Origin: Eledone cirrhosa
Lineage: Eukaryota
Assembly (NCBI GenBank): GCA_964016885.1
Contig: OZ024751.1
Location: forward strand, 23,622,001-23,686,000
Reading direction: 5' to 3'
Length of the DNA: 64,000 nt
In this document: piece by piece, positions 62,970 through 64,000 of the stretch
Numbering within the stretch: position 1 is the stretch's first letter
How the letters are laid out: each line of letters starts with the position of its first letter
Notes under the pieces: generated by a model
What the model saw: the letters and a program-made list of their open reading frames with translations, nothing else
Told to the model about the DNA's origin: nothing
The model's database searches: none
Translations under genes and position numbers: made by a program

Positions 62970-63592
62970 TGGGCGGTGGATTGGCAGTATTGTTCTACCT
63001 TAATGCATGCTATTGGCAGTATCGGTAAGGGTCGGACGCCATGCTTTCCAGCATAGTTACGTCCCTTTACGATCTGAGTTCAAATACCGCCGAGGTTGAC
63101 TTTGCCTTTCATCCTTACGGGGTCGATAAAATAAAGTACCAGTAATGCACTGGGATAATTGCTGGCCTTGTGCCTAACGTAGAAACAATTATTTATTAAT
63201 TCACTGGGCGGTGGATTGGCAGTATTGGTAGAGTGTCGGATGCCATGCTTTGGCGCATAGAGTTACGGCCTTTGCCATTCTGAGTTCAAATCCCGCCGAG
63301 GTTAACTTTGCATTTCATCCTTACGGGGTCGATAAAATAAAGTACCAGTAATACACTGGCCTTGTGCCTAAAGTAGAAACAATTATTTATTAATGTACTG
63401 AGGGTGGTGTATTGGCAGTAACGGTAGAGGGTTGGATGCCATACTTTCTAGCATAGTTACATCCCTTTAGATTCTGAGTTCAAATCCCGCCGAGGTTAAC
63501 TTTGCCTTTCATCCTTACGGGTCGATAAAATAAAGTACCAGTAATGTACTGGATAATTACTGGCCTTGTGCCTAACGTAGAAACAATTATTT
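62970..63592 (+). mobile_element. Head-to-tail trimer of the octopus-type SINE
   Basis: Three consecutive ~190-bp copies starting near 63012, 63205 and 63400. Confidence 0.8.
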
Positions 63593-64000
63593 ATCTTCTG
63601 TGTATAATATGCTTGATATCTTCACTTTTACTTCTACTCTTCTTTTAACACATTTCAATATTTTGATATCTTTTTACTGTAATATCATGTATATGCTTGC
63701 TATCATTTTGCCTCTGTACTACCTTAATGATTTTCCGTGTAATATGCTTGATGTACTCACTTTTGATAATACCCTTTTGATAACTTCCAGTATTTGGCTA
63801 TCTTTTCAATGTAATATCATTTTATTACTCTTGTTTTTCAATATGATGTCAGTGACACTGTTAGTAATAATTGTTTCTACTTTTGGCACAAGGCCAGCAA
63901 TTACTCAGTGTATTACTGGTACTTTATTTTATCGACCCCGTAAGAATGACAGGCAAAGTTAACCTCGGCAGGATTTTAACTCAGATCTGAAAGGGGCGTA

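Overview
AT-rich eukaryotic DNA, most likely an octopus or other coleoid cephalopod, judged from the SINE family, the very long (TA)n/(CA)n/(CAT)n/(TAA)n tracts and the genes. The only real protein-coding genes are three tandem, same-strand, intronless Cys-loop (pentameric ligand-gated channel) genes of 401 aa from the first ATG, at about 9.5, 21.9 and 38.1 kb. They have a signal peptide, a C-x13-C loop, four TM helices and a GEK cation filter, but lack the acetylcholine-binding aromatic box and the vicinal loop-C cysteines. This matches the cephalopod chemotactile receptor (CR) family. The genes sit in 12-17 kb segmental tandem duplications. The window start implies a further copy just upstream, and a gene-less partial unit follows at about 43.5-49 kb. 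The paralogs share an identical M2 pore but differ sharply in the extracellular domain, and all three differ at ligand-pocket positions (loops G and D). Intergenic DNA is full of Penelope-like element (GIY-YIG) remnants and their pseudo-LTRs, many carrying type-I hammerhead ribozyme motifs and forming long palindromes. It also contains a complete non-autonomous Helitron with an empty-site paralog, tRNA-derived SINEs, a mariner-type MITE and LINE fragments in TAA repeats. Almost all other ORFs in the supplied track are microsatellite artefacts. Residue numbers below follow the ORF track (first ATG = residue 9). All comparisons were made by eye.
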